Shown here piece by piece: positions 9,712 to 18,759 of a stretch of DNA of 64,000 bases (position 1 is its first letter; each line of letters opens with the position of its first letter). Source of the DNA: Methanomassiliicoccaceae archaeon (GTDB lineage: Archaea > Thermoplasmatota > Thermoplasmata > Methanomassiliicoccales > Methanomassiliicoccaceae); NCBI GenBank assembly GCA_040776945.1, contig JAXGZN010000001.1:928001-992000 (forward strand). Reading direction: 5' to 3'. The position numbers and the translations under genes were made by a program. The notes beneath the pieces are model-generated. The model was not told the DNA's origin, did no database searches, and saw only the letters and a list, made by a program, of their open reading frames with translations.

Positions 9712-10673
9712 ACAGGATGCGGAGCATGAAGGATGTCCCCCGGGAGGACATGCTGATACATGGGCATGGGGCCTGCCCGGGATGCGGGTATGCCGCGACC
9801 GCCAAGAACATAGCCAAGATGCTCGGCCCGAACACCGTGGTGTATGTGCCCGCGTCCTGTCTGGTGGTCTTCGGGGCGATCTATCCATACTCCTCGTGGA
9901 AGATACCGTACCTGTACACGGCCTTCGAGAACACCGGCGCGGTCACCTCGGGCATCAAGGCCGCGCTGCGGCGCAGGCACATCGACGCCACGGTGGTGGG
10001 CATGGCGGGGGACGGAGGAACATTCGACATCGGTCTGCAGGCGCTCTCGGGAGCGGCGGAGCGGAACGAGGACATAATCTACGTATGCTTGGACAACGAG
10101 GCGTACATGAACACCGGGATCCAAAGGAGCAGCGCCACGCCCTTCGGGGCGTGGACCACCACGACTCCGGTGGGCCTTGAGGTCAAGGGCAACCGTCGCT
10201 TCAAAAAGGACATCGCCCGCATCGTGGCCGACCACGACGTGCCATATGTTGCAACTCTATCGGTCGCTCACTTCACCGACTTCGTGCGCAAGGTGCAGAA
10301 GGCGAAGGAGACCCGGGGCTTCCGCTTCCTTCATTGCCTAACGCCCTGCATCCCGGGATGGAGGATAGAACCGTCCATAGGGGTCAGCATAAACCGGCTG
10401 GCGGTCGATACCGGCATGTGGACGCTGTATGAGGTGGAGAACGGCGTCCCCAAGGTCACCTACAGGCCGAAGACCATGGTCCCGGTGACAGAGTACCTGA
10501 AGCTCCAAGGGCGTTTCAGGCACATAAGCGAGGCCGACGCGCGCGAGCTCCAGGCATGGCTGTGCGAGAAATGGAGGGTGCACTACGGAGAGGATGCTCC
10601 GGTCCCGCCCTGCGTCCTGCCGCCCCAGGAAGATGTCCTGGGGCACGACGGCGACACGCTGTACGGCATATGA
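9708..10673 (+). CDS. porB: 2-oxoacid:ferredoxin oxidoreductase beta subunit (PorB-like)
   Basis: GHGACPGCG, GDGGTFDIG, DNEAYMNTGIQRS TPP motif, PCIPGW. Confidence 0.9.
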   Translation: MNRMRSMKDVPREDMLIHGHGACPGCGYAATAKNIAKMLGPNTVVYVPASCLVVFGAIYPYSSWKIPYLYTAFENTGAVTSGIKAALRRRHIDATVVGMAGDGGTFDIGLQALSGAAERNEDIIYVCLDNEAYMNTGIQRSSATPFGAWTTTTPVGLEVKGNRRFKKDIARIVADHDVPYVATLSVAHFTDFVRKVQKAKETRGFRFLHCLTPCIPGWRIEPSIGVSINRLAVDTGMWTLYEVENGVPKVTYRPKTMVPVTEYLKLQGRFRHISEADARELQAWLCEKWRVHYGEDAPVPPCVLPPQEDVLGHDGDTLYGI

Positions 10674-10721
10674 GACGCGGAGGGCAAGTTCTAATACCCT
10701 CGCAGCCGGTCCAGGCCCATC

Positions 10722-11510
10722 ATGCCCTTCGCGCTCGGCATGCCCGCGCTCATCGAGATGCCCGACCTGCCCGACCTGGTTGACCTGTGCCAGGAGCTGG
10801 AGCTATCGTTCATCGAGCTGAACATGAACATGCCGGAGAACTGCCCGGAATGGCTCGATCCCACGGACCTCAGGGACGTGACCTCGAGCACAGGCATCGA
10901 GTTCACTCTCCACTCGCCGGACGAGCTGGACCTAGGCTCGCTGCACCCCACGGTGCGGGCGGGGCACCTGGACCGCATGCGAGAGGCGCTGGGATGGTGC
11001 GCCCAGGCCGGAGTGCGCGCGATGAACGTGCACATCAGCCCGGGGATCTATTTCACGCTGCCCGACCGCAGGGTATGGATATACGAGCGGTACGTGGACG
11101 AGTTCACCTCCAATCTGTGGGCGGCATACCGAGACATCCTTCCCCTGGCCGCCGCGTCCGGCGTGGACATCTGCACCGAGAACGTGAACAACTTCGACCT
11201 GCCGTTCATCGCCCAGGCCATCGAGGAGCTGTGCTTCCTCGAGCACTTTCATTTGACTTGGGACGTTGGGCACGATGCACGGAGCGGGTTCAGGGAGCGC
11301 GAGGTGATGATGCGCCACGAGGACCGTGTGCGCCACATGCACCTCCACGATTACAACGGCAGGAGCGACCACCAAGTGCCGGGGACCGGACTGATCGATA
11401 TCCCGGCCATGCTGGACTTCGCCCGCAGGAAGGACATCCGCGTGCTCGTGGAAGTGAAGGACGAGCGCTCGCTTCGCAAGTCAGTAAGAGCGGTGCGGAG
11501 CTTGCTGTGA
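10722..11510 (+). CDS. Sugar phosphate isomerase/epimerase / AP-endonuclease-2 family TIM barrel
   Basis: TLHSP, CTENV, WDVGH, HLHD, DHQVPGTGLID, VLVEVK metal ligands. Confidence 0.8.
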   Translation: MPFALGMPALIEMPDLPDLVDLCQELELSFIELNMNMPENCPEWLDPTDLRDVTSSTGIEFTLHSPDELDLGSLHPTVRAGHLDRMREALGWCAQAGVRAMNVHISPGIYFTLPDRRVWIYERYVDEFTSNLWAAYRDILPLAAASGVDICTENVNNFDLPFIAQAIEELCFLEHFHLTWDVGHDARSGFREREVMMRHEDRVRHMHLHDYNGRSDHQVPGTGLIDIPAMLDFARRKDIRVLVEVKDERSLRKSVRAVRSLL

Positions 11511-11608
11511 TCGGGGGGGGGGCCAGCATCGGCCGGGGATGCCGTCGAGGAACGGGGCGGACGCGCTCGCAAGTGATATATATGGCCACCTCTTTGGTCC
11601 CCTTCGCA

Positions 11609-11663
11609 TTCACGTTTAACCGATGAATGATGAGGATGTGGAACATCCGAATGAGGTGAAACA
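11609..11663 (+). promoter_or_regulatory. Putative kink-turn 5' leader of rpl7ae (autoregulatory L7Ae site)
   Basis: ACC-GAU-GA ... UGA-GGU K-turn pattern around a GGAUGU/ACAUCC hairpin; includes SD GAGGUGA; TATA (GATATATATG) at about 11574-11584. Confidence 0.7.
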
Positions 11664-12035
11664 ATGGCAAAAGCAATGTTCGTTCGTTTCGAGATGCCAA
11701 AGGAGCTATCGGACAAGGCCTACGAGATCGTCGAGGCCGCCCGTGACACCGGAAAGATCCGCAAAGGGACCAATGAGGTCACCAAGCTGGTCGAGCGGGG
11801 AGACGCGGTCATGGTCGTCATGGCCGAGGACGTTCAGCCGCCTGAGATACTCGCCCACATGCCCTTCCTTTGCGAGGAGCGCAACGTGGTTTACGCCTAT
11901 GTGCCGTCCAAGGCCGAGCTGGGACACGCAGTGGGCATGGAGAAGCCGACCGCTTCGGTCGCCATCCTGGACGCTGGAAAGGCAAAGCCCCTGCTGGACG
12001 GGTTCGCCGAGCAGGTCAAGAAGCTGAAGCAGTGA
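11664..12035 (+). CDS. rpl7ae: 50S ribosomal protein L7Ae
   Basis: [37 protein letters not shown]. Confidence 0.97.
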   Translation: MAKAMFVRFEMPKELSDKAYEIVEAARDTGKIRKGTNEVTKLVERGDAVMVVMAEDVQPPEILAHMPFLCEERNVVYAYVPSKAELGHAVGMEKPTASVAILDAGKAKPLLDGFAEQVKKLKQ

Positions 12036-12051
12036 GCGCGGAGGGAATGAC

Positions 12052-12267
12052 ATGGCTGACGACGAGAGCAGCATACCTTCAGAGGTGGTGGAGATCATCG
12101 GTCGCACTGGCATGACCGGAGAGGCCACCCAGGTCAAGGTGCGTGTGCTCGAGGGCCGCGACAAGGGTCGCATCATCACCCGCAATATCATGGGCCCCGT
12201 GCGCATGGGAGACATACTGATGCTTAGGGAGACCTCGAGAGAGGCCCGCAAGCTTTCCTTGAGGTGA
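12052..12267 (+). CDS. rps28e: 30S ribosomal protein S28e
   Basis: [20 protein letters not shown]...[13 protein letters not shown]. Confidence 0.97.
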   Translation: MADDESSIPSEVVEIIGRTGMTGEATQVKVRVLEGRDKGRIITRNIMGPVRMGDILMLRETSREARKLSLR

Positions 12268-12272
12268 TCCTG

Positions 12273-12587
12273 ATGGTCGAGAGAAGGGTCTGCTCCTTCT
12301 GTGGAGCGGAGATGGAACCAGGCACTGGCAAGTTGTACGTCAAGAAGGACGGCACCGTTCTGACGTTCGACACCAACAAGTGTTACAAGAACATGATCGA
12401 GCTGGGCAGGATACCGAGGACCACGACCTGGACCCGCGCCGCCAAGAGGGAGAAGGAGATCGCCCTTGCCGCTGCCGCGACCAAGGCGGCCCCCGCCGAG
12501 CCGGTCGATGAGAAGATCAAGAAGACGACCGCCAGCAAGGCCCGCAAGCGCAGGGCCCCGGCTCCGAAGAAGAAGCTGTCGGAGTGA
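12273..12587 (+). CDS. rpl24e: 50S ribosomal protein L24e with Ala/Lys-rich tail
   Basis: CSFCG...[13 protein letters not shown]...KC...PR...WT. Confidence 0.95.
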   Translation: MVERRVCSFCGAEMEPGTGKLYVKKDGTVLTFDTNKCYKNMIELGRIPRTTTWTRAAKREKEIALAAAATKAAPAEPVDEKIKKTTASKARKRRAPAPKKKLSE

Positions 12588-13045
12588 GCGACATGATGGA
12601 GCGCACCTTCGTCATGCTGAAGCCTGATGCGGTCCAGCGCGGCCTCATGGGCGAGATCCTGGGACGCATAGAGGCCAAGGGCCATCGCCCGCTGGCCATC
12701 AAGTTCATGCGCATCCCCAAGGAACTGGCGGAGCGCCATTACGCCGAGCACAAGGGCAAGCCGTTCTTCAATGGCCTTATCGAGTACATGACCTCCGGTC
12801 CGGTGCTCGTGATGGTCTGGGAGGGCGAGAACGCCATCGCCTCTATGAGGGCGATGATGGGCGCGACAAATCCCCAGAACGCGGCCATGGGCACGATCCG
12901 CGGCGACCTTGCGCAGCAGACCGGACGGAACCTGATCCACGGCTCCGACGGTCCGGAATCGGCCAAGCGGGAGATCGAGCTGTTCTTCAACGACTACGAG
13001 ATCCTCAGCTGGAAGCGCACCTCGGACCCCTGGTTCCTGGAGTAG
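12584..13045 (+). CDS. ndk: Nucleoside-diphosphate kinase
   Basis: [27 protein letters not shown]. Confidence 0.97.
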   Translation: MSDMMERTFVMLKPDAVQRGLMGEILGRIEAKGHRPLAIKFMRIPKELAERHYAEHKGKPFFNGLIEYMTSGPVLVMVWEGENAIASMRAMMGATNPQNAAMGTIRGDLAQQTGRNLIHGSDGPESAKREIELFFNDYEILSWKRTSDPWFLE

Positions 13046-13374
13046 GCGGATCAAAGGGCCTCGGCCCGCCAACATATTTTTTCTATCATCACCGGCGACC
13101 GTGAGGCTGGTTCGCCGCATGAAGCTCGCGGGCGTAGCCGGCCCTCCGCTCCGGACAAGATCTGGCCCTGGAACGGTCCCCGGCCCGGAGGGTTCGACCA
13201 TCATGGTTATCTATCCCTTCCCCCCTTCCCAGACCCGCTCGGGGCATGGTCTTATGGTATCGGCAGGGCGAAGAGAAGCGGGGTCCGGGGCGGCGGGCGG
13301 TCTGAACACGTTGAGCGGGATGAACGCGAGCGCCGCATTGGCATCGCCCAGGACGCTCTGAGGGAGGGCCGAAG

Positions 13375-15123
13375 ATGACGACCAGGCAGCCGATCGTCAG
13401 TGTCCTCGGCCACGTGGACCACGGGAAGACCTCATTGCTCGACCGCGTTCGCGGATCGGCCGTGGTGCAGCGGGAGGCCGGCCTCATCACGCAGCACATC
13501 GGCGCGACGGAGGTCCCGATCGAGCATATCTACAAGGTCTGCCGGCCGCTCATCGGGAACAAGAGGTTCAACGTTCCCGGGCTCCTGTTCATCGATACCC
13601 CCGGCCATCAATCGTTCACCTCGCTGCGCGCCAGGGGCGGTGCGCTCGCCGACCTTGCGGTGCTGGTCATCGACATCAACGAGGGCCTGAAGCCGCAGAC
13701 CATCGAGTCCATTCAGATCCTTAAGAGGTTCAAGACACCGTTCATCATCGCCATGAACAAGATCGACCTCATCGACGGCTGGGAGACCAAGGAGAACGCG
13801 CCGTTCGTTCTGAACTATAGGGACCAGACGGACGAGGCCAAGGCCAATCTTGACGATAGGATGTACAAGATCATCGGCGACCTGTACGAACGCGGCTACT
13901 CCGCCGACAGATATGACCGCATCGAGGATTTCACCAAAGCGATCGCCATCGTGCCCATGTCGGCGCGCAACGGTGAAGGCCTTCCGGACCTGCTGCTGGT
14001 TCTGATCGGCCTGGCGCAGAGGTTCTTGGAGCAGCGGCTGAAGGCCGAAGAGGGACCGGCGCAGGGAACGATCATCGAGATCAAAGAGGAGAAGGGCCTG
14101 GGCCCTACGCTGGACGTGATCATCTTCGCCGGCACGCTGCACAAGGGCGACACGGTCATCCTGGGGACCAAGGGCAGGCCTATAACCACAAAGGTCAAGG
14201 CGATCCTCAAGCCCCGGCCGCTGGACGAGATACGCGATCCCAAGGACCGCTTCGAGTCGGTGAAGGAGGTATCAGCCGCCATCGGCGTGAAGCTGATGTG
14301 CCAGAACATCGACGGCGTGGTGGCCGGCGGACCACTGAGGGTGGCGACCGGCAACGTCGGCGCGGCCATGGACCAAGTGGTCAATGAGACCAAGGTCAGC
14401 ATAGAGACCACTGAGGCGGGCGTCTACATCAAGGCCGACGCCATCGGCTCGCTGGAGGCGCTGGCGTTCGAGTGCAAGGCCTTTGAGATACCGATCCGCA
14501 AGTATGACACCGGCGCGATCTCGCGCAAGGACATCATCGACACCGCTGCCTACGGAGAGCCGTACCACCGGGTAATACTCGGTTTCAACGTGGACCTGCT
14601 GCCGGAGGCGAAGGAAGCGCTTCCCAACTATCCGCTCAAGGTCTTCACCAACGACGTGGTGTACCGCTTGATCGAGGACTACCTCAAGTGGGTGGAGGAG
14701 GAGAAGCGCCGCATGGACATCGAGAAGCGGGCGGAGTTCGCCTTCCCCGGTAAGGTCAAGCTGCTCCCCAATTGTGTGTTCCGCGCGTCCAAGCCCGCCA
14801 TCGTCGGCGTTCGAGTCCTAGCCGGCCGCATCCGGCCGGGGCAGACCCTGCTGAGCACCGAGGGCGCGGACATCGGCAAGATACGCTCCATCCGCTCTGG
14901 CGAGGAGACGGTTAAGGAGGCCATCCAGGGGCAGGAGGTGGCTGTGGCCATCGAGGGGCCGACGGTCGGCAGGCAGATCGACGTGGAGGACATCCTCTAC
15001 GTGGACCTGAGGGAGACCATGGTCAAGGAGATGGCCAAGATGGACCTCAATCCCGACGACCGCATGGTGCTGGAGGAGACCCTCGAGGTCAAGCGCAAGG
15101 TGGACAAGTTCTGGGGAATGTGA
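13375..15123 (+). CDS. infB: Translation initiation factor IF-2 (aIF5B)
   Basis: [43 protein letters not shown]; no intein. Confidence 0.97.
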   Translation: MTTRQPIVSVLGHVDHGKTSLLDRVRGSAVVQREAGLITQHIGATEVPIEHIYKVCRPLIGNKRFNVPGLLFIDTPGHQSFTSLRARGGALADLAVLVIDINEGLKPQTIESIQILKRFKTPFIIAMNKIDLIDGWETKENAPFVLNYRDQTDEAKANLDDRMYKIIGDLYERGYSADRYDRIEDFTKAIAIVPMSARNGEGLPDLLLVLIGLAQRFLEQRLKAEEGPAQGTIIEIKEEKGLGPTLDVIIFAGTLHKGDTVILGTKGRPITTKVKAILKPRPLDEIRDPKDRFESVKEVSAAIGVKLMCQNIDGVVAGGPLRVATGNVGAAMDQVVNETKVSIETTEAGVYIKADAIGSLEALAFECKAFEIPIRKYDTGAISRKDIIDTAAYGEPYHRVILGFNVDLLPEAKEALPNYPLKVFTNDVVYRLIEDYLKWVEEEKRRMDIEKRAEFAFPGKVKLLPNCVFRASKPAIVGVRVLAGRIRPGQTLLSTEGADIGKIRSIRSGEETVKEAIQGQEVAVAIEGPTVGRQIDVEDILYVDLRETMVKEMAKMDLNPDDRMVLEETLEVKRKVDKFWGM

Positions 15124-15291
15124 GCTTCCTCGATCCGCCAAATGATCAGCATCATCTAGGCATCGCTGTTCGATGCTTACGACAAGAACCTGTTTTCTCA
15201 TTCTATACAATCCAGATGTCCGATTTAACGCCCTTAACAATCGTATAGTTGAAATAACCGGAACGGTTTCCGGACCTAGCTCGAGGTAAAG

Positions 15292-16338
15292 ATGATGCAC
15301 GCATCCCGGAGCCAAGGCCCGCTCAGAACTGTCGCAAGCAAGACCCCCGTGCCCTTGGCCGGCCTTATGCTCGGCCTGTCGTCAACCGGGAACATGGTGC
15401 CCGAGTACCGCTGGTTCTTCGGCCTCTTCGCCTTCGCCATCCTGGCCATACTGGTCGTCAAGTTCACCATTGACACCAAGACCTTGAGGGAGGACTTCAA
15501 GAACCCGGCCATCGCCGGCATCGCTTGCACCATGACCATGGCCACATCGGTCCTCTCCACCTATCTCAAGCCTTACTCGAACGAGGCCGCGCTCGGCATG
15601 TGGGTCGCATCCATGGTCGTTCACCTGGGCTTCATGTTCCACTTCACCCGATCGTTCATCGTTAGGTTCGACCTCAAAAAGTGCCTGCCCTGCTACTTCG
15701 TCGTGTACGTCGGCTTCGCGGTCAACGCCTTCATCGCCCCGGTGTACGGCCACATGATGTTCGGCCAGGCCCTGTTCTGGTTCGGGTTGGCGTCGCTGGC
15801 CCTCCTGCTTCCTCCCCTGCTCTACCGCGCAATGGTGGTCAAAGGCATCCCGGAGGCCCTGGTCCCCACCCTCATGATCTTCGCCGCTCCGACCAACGTC
15901 TGCCTCAACGCCTACCTCAAGGCCTTCGAGCATCCTGAGCCGCTCATGGTCTGGTCGCTCCTTGGTCTTGCGATCGTCCTGTACGCTGGATGCCTGGCAT
16001 ACCTGCCCCGCATCCTTCTACTGAAGAAGTTCCTCCCCGCCTACTCGTCCCTGACCTTCCCTCTGGCCATCAGCGGGATCGCCACCGGGGCCGCTTACCA
16101 ATATTTCCTGGAGGCGGGCAGCGACCTGGTCATCCTGCACCAGCTGGCCTGGTTCCAGGCCGTGCTGTGCGTAACCTTCGTGATCCACGTCCTGGTCAGG
16201 TACATCCATCACTACCTGTGGAGGCCCTGGTCCGACGCGAGGGCACAGGCTCCCCTGCCGGGCATGGAGCGGAACGAGCTGATGCTGCATGGAGCGGTAG
16301 GTCCCCGGAAGGGCCAGGACGCGCCCCCTTTGAAATAA
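15292..16338 (+). CDS. TDT (tellurite-resistance/dicarboxylate, SLAC1-like) family transporter
   Basis: About 10 TM helices; PVPLAGLMLGL, PCYFVVYVG, IFAAP, YSSLTFPLAI. Confidence 0.8.
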   Translation: MMHASRSQGPLRTVASKTPVPLAGLMLGLSSTGNMVPEYRWFFGLFAFAILAILVVKFTIDTKTLREDFKNPAIAGIACTMTMATSVLSTYLKPYSNEAALGMWVASMVVHLGFMFHFTRSFIVRFDLKKCLPCYFVVYVGFAVNAFIAPVYGHMMFGQALFWFGLASLALLLPPLLYRAMVVKGIPEALVPTLMIFAAPTNVCLNAYLKAFEHPEPLMVWSLLGLAIVLYAGCLAYLPRILLLKKFLPAYSSLTFPLAISGIATGAAYQYFLEAGSDLVILHQLAWFQAVLCVTFVIHVLVRYIHHYLWRPWSDARAQAPLPGMERNELMLHGAVGPRKGQDAPPLK

Positions 16339-16381
16339 GCTGACCTCGATACACCGTTCAAAATGTCCCGGGGATGAGAGC

Positions 16382-17353
16382 ATGACCGCCGGCATCGAAC
16401 TGATCGAGAAGGGAAGGAAGGGCAGAGGCCTCGACAGGGACGAGGCCCTGGCGCTGTTGAAAGGGACCAAGCCGAGGTCGAAAGAGATGTATCAGGCCAT
16501 GCAGGCCGCCGATCAGGTCTCCCGGCGGCAGTTCGGCAACATCGGCGGAGCGCTCGCGCAGGTCGGCGTGAACTGGGGGCCCTGCCCGGCGAACTGCGGC
16601 TTCTGCGCCTTCGCTGAGAGCAGCGGCGTGGTCAAAGAACCATTCCAGCTCAGTGTCGATGAGATATCCGATCTCTCCAAGGGCCTGATGGCCGAGGGGG
16701 CGACCGGACTGTCGATCATGACCACCGCAGATTATCCTTTCAGCTCGGTCCTGGAGATCGGGAGGGCGGTGCGCAAGGCCGCGGGCAAGGGCTTCGCGCT
16801 CGTCGCCAACATAGGCGATATCAGCAGCCGGCAGGCAGCCGAGCTGGGAGAGGCCGGTTTCGCCGGCATATATCATTGCGTTCGCTTGGGGGAGGGCAGG
16901 GACACCGGGCTCGATCCCATGAAGCGCAAGGCCACCATAAGGGCGGCCAAGGACGTCGGCCTCATGGTCTTCTCCTGCATCGAGCCCATCGGGCCGGAAC
17001 ACTCCCCGGAGGAACTGATCGATCTGACGTACGAGCACCTGGAACTGGGAGCGGACGCCCTGGCCACAATGCGACGGTTCGCTGTCCCAGGCACCCCGCT
17101 GGCCGCCAAGGGCACGATCACCGAGGCCGAGCTGGCCCGGATCTCGTCGATCATCAGGCTCGCGTGCGGAGCGGAGATAATATCCTTCGGCAACCACGAG
17201 GCCAGCACGCTACCCCTCATCAGCGGGGCGAACACCATCACCGCGGAGCTGTGGTCGAACCCACGAAAAGGGGAGCTGGAGCGGGTCGCGGGAGCCTCGG
17301 TGGCTGAGGCAAGGCGTAAGCTGTGGGAGGCGGGATGGTCGCTTCTGGCTTGA
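16382..17353 (+). CDS. Radical SAM protein, biotin-synthase-related, function unknown
   Basis: CPANCGFC (CxxxCxxC), YHCVRLGEG.DT, EPIGPEH, VPGTP. Confidence 0.8.
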   Translation: MTAGIELIEKGRKGRGLDRDEALALLKGTKPRSKEMYQAMQAADQVSRRQFGNIGGALAQVGVNWGPCPANCGFCAFAESSGVVKEPFQLSVDEISDLSKGLMAEGATGLSIMTTADYPFSSVLEIGRAVRKAAGKGFALVANIGDISSRQAAELGEAGFAGIYHCVRLGEGRDTGLDPMKRKATIRAAKDVGLMVFSCIEPIGPEHSPEELIDLTYEHLELGADALATMRRFAVPGTPLAAKGTITEAELARISSIIRLACGAEIISFGNHEASTLPLISGANTITAELWSNPRKGELERVAGASVAEARRKLWEAGWSLLA

Positions 17354-17503
17354 GAAAGGAGATCCTCCTGTCAGCGAAATATCTCCTCCCTCCGTGAACG
17401 AGGTCTGTCCCAGAGGATGTGCCAGGGCATGTAAGGGAGGGGGGCTGTGCATTAAGATCCCTTTATAATGGTGCGGTGATATGGGCCAAAGCCCTGTGGG
17501 ACC

Positions 17504-18064
17504 ATGGACCTGCTCACCCTGTTACTCATCGCCTTCGGCCTGGCCATGGACGCGTTCGCAGTGTCCATCGCCAAGGGCATGACCGCCGTACGCGACCGGA
17601 GGAGGACGGCGACCATGCTCTCCCTGCTCTTCGGCGGGTTCCAGGCCCTCATGCCGGTCCTAGGCTACCTGGCGGGCATCGGGCTCGAAGGGTTCATCCG
17701 CGACATCGATCACTGGATCGCGTTCGGGCTGCTCGCATTCATCGGGGGAAAGATGATCCACGACTCCCGGAAGGAGGGGAACGTCGAGGACGGGGCGGTC
17801 ACGCTGTACGCCGGGATCGTTCTGGCCTTGGCCACGAGCATCGACGCCCTAATGGTCGGCCTAAGCTTCGCGTTCTTGGAGATGCCCATCCTAGCGCCTG
17901 CGGCCATCATAGGGGCGGTCACGTTCATCCTATGCTTTCTGGGCTTCGGGTTCGGCAGTCGCCTGGGAAAGGTCTTTGGAACCAGGGTGAGGGCAGTCGG
18001 AGGCACCGTCCTCATCCTGATAGGCGTGCGGATCTTGATCGAGCATCTGTTCTTTCAGGCCTAG
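17504..18064 (+). CDS. mntP: Manganese efflux pump MntP family
   Basis: LAMDAFAVS, FQALMP, DHWIAF, ATSIDAL, GGTVLILIG. Confidence 0.92.
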   Translation: MDLLTLLLIAFGLAMDAFAVSIAKGMTAVRDRRRTATMLSLLFGGFQALMPVLGYLAGIGLEGFIRDIDHWIAFGLLAFIGGKMIHDSRKEGNVEDGAVTLYAGIVLALATSIDALMVGLSFAFLEMPILAPAAIIGAVTFILCFLGFGFGSRLGKVFGTRVRAVGGTVLILIGVRILIEHLFFQA

Positions 18065-18201
18065 CCTCCCCATCGGCCGTTCAGGCGGCGAGCGATGGGC
18101 TGTGGGACACGGAGGGAGTTACCGCGGCCGCTGGAGCGGGCCTCTAGAGGCGCCCGATGTCTGGTCCATGGGCCGTTCGGGCCCTTAAATGCACCTTGGG
18201 A

Positions 18202-18759
18202 TCAAACCAATTGGGTCAGTCCCGCCTCCAGCCTCACCCTGTTCAGGTCGATGATCTCGCTCCTCTCGAGCAGCGATATCGCCGCCCTATTGCCCAATAT
18301 CTCAACCGCAATTATCTTCTGGGGGCGCTTCAGGTCGACCTTTCCTTTCTGTATCCGATCGGTCAAGGTCAGAACCAGGTCCTCAGAATGTCGCGGATTA
18401 TGCCGCTTGTGCAAATGCATCATCCAGCTCTCATGTTCTCCGATGCCTTCGGCGGCCTCGTTCACCGCGTCGATCATATCCTCGTCGTTGGCGTCCACCC
18501 AAAAGTCTACCGGCACCCAGTGATAGGTGTGGGACAGCATCTCAGGATGCTCCTTGAGCTCAGCTCTGATCGTCCCCACAACTTCCTTGGCGTTCCCGGC
18601 CACCTTGACGCAGAACACACCGTTCACGCTCGACCGGCGGACATCCTCCACCGCCCAGCCCATCTCATCGATCCGTTCTCGCACCTCCTTTTCGGCCAAC
18701 CCTGCCCGGTTGGGTTGGAACGTCACGAGCAGATTGTAGTGTCCCGTCTCAACCACCAC
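18202..18759 (-). CDS. Stand-alone THUMP-domain RNA-binding protein
   Basis: NLLVTF N-terminal ferredoxin-like part, WVPVD, KVDLKRPQKIIAVEILG; the ORF-track upstream extension is probably spurious. Confidence 0.75.
   Translation of the reverse strand: MVVETGHYNLLVTFQPNRAGLAEKEVRERIDEMGWAVEDVRRSSVNGVFCVKVAGNAKEVVGTIRAELKEHPEMLSHTYHWVPVDFWVDANDEDMIDAVNEAAEGIGEHESWMMHLHKRHNPRHSEDLVLTLTDRIQKGKVDLKRPQKIIAVEILGNRAAISLLERSEIIDLNRVRLEAGLTQLV

Noticed and set aside
8458-9888. Long antisense or alternative-frame ORFs (e.g. 8458-9888, 42606-43667, 57010-57933, 60774-61949)
   Set aside because: They are shadows of well-supported genes, expected with high GC3, and carry no motifs.
13046-13374. SRP RNA or RNase P RNA in the 330-nt ndk-infB spacer
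   Set aside because: The size fits, but no SRP helix-8 motif or RNase P GAGGAAAGUCC was found.
16382-17353. PylB or BioB identity for the radical SAM gene
   Set aside because: No pyl or bio neighbours, and the motifs are not diagnostic; left as biotin-synthase-related.
17354-17503. yybP-ykoY Mn riboswitch upstream of mntP
   Set aside because: The consensus core is absent, and a TATA box (TTTATAAT, about 17462) leaves almost no leader.
18064-18078. 15-nt match GCCTCCCCATCGGCC shared with about 47307-47321
   Set aside because: A few matches of this length are expected by chance in 64 kb of GC-rich DNA, and the flanks are unrelated.
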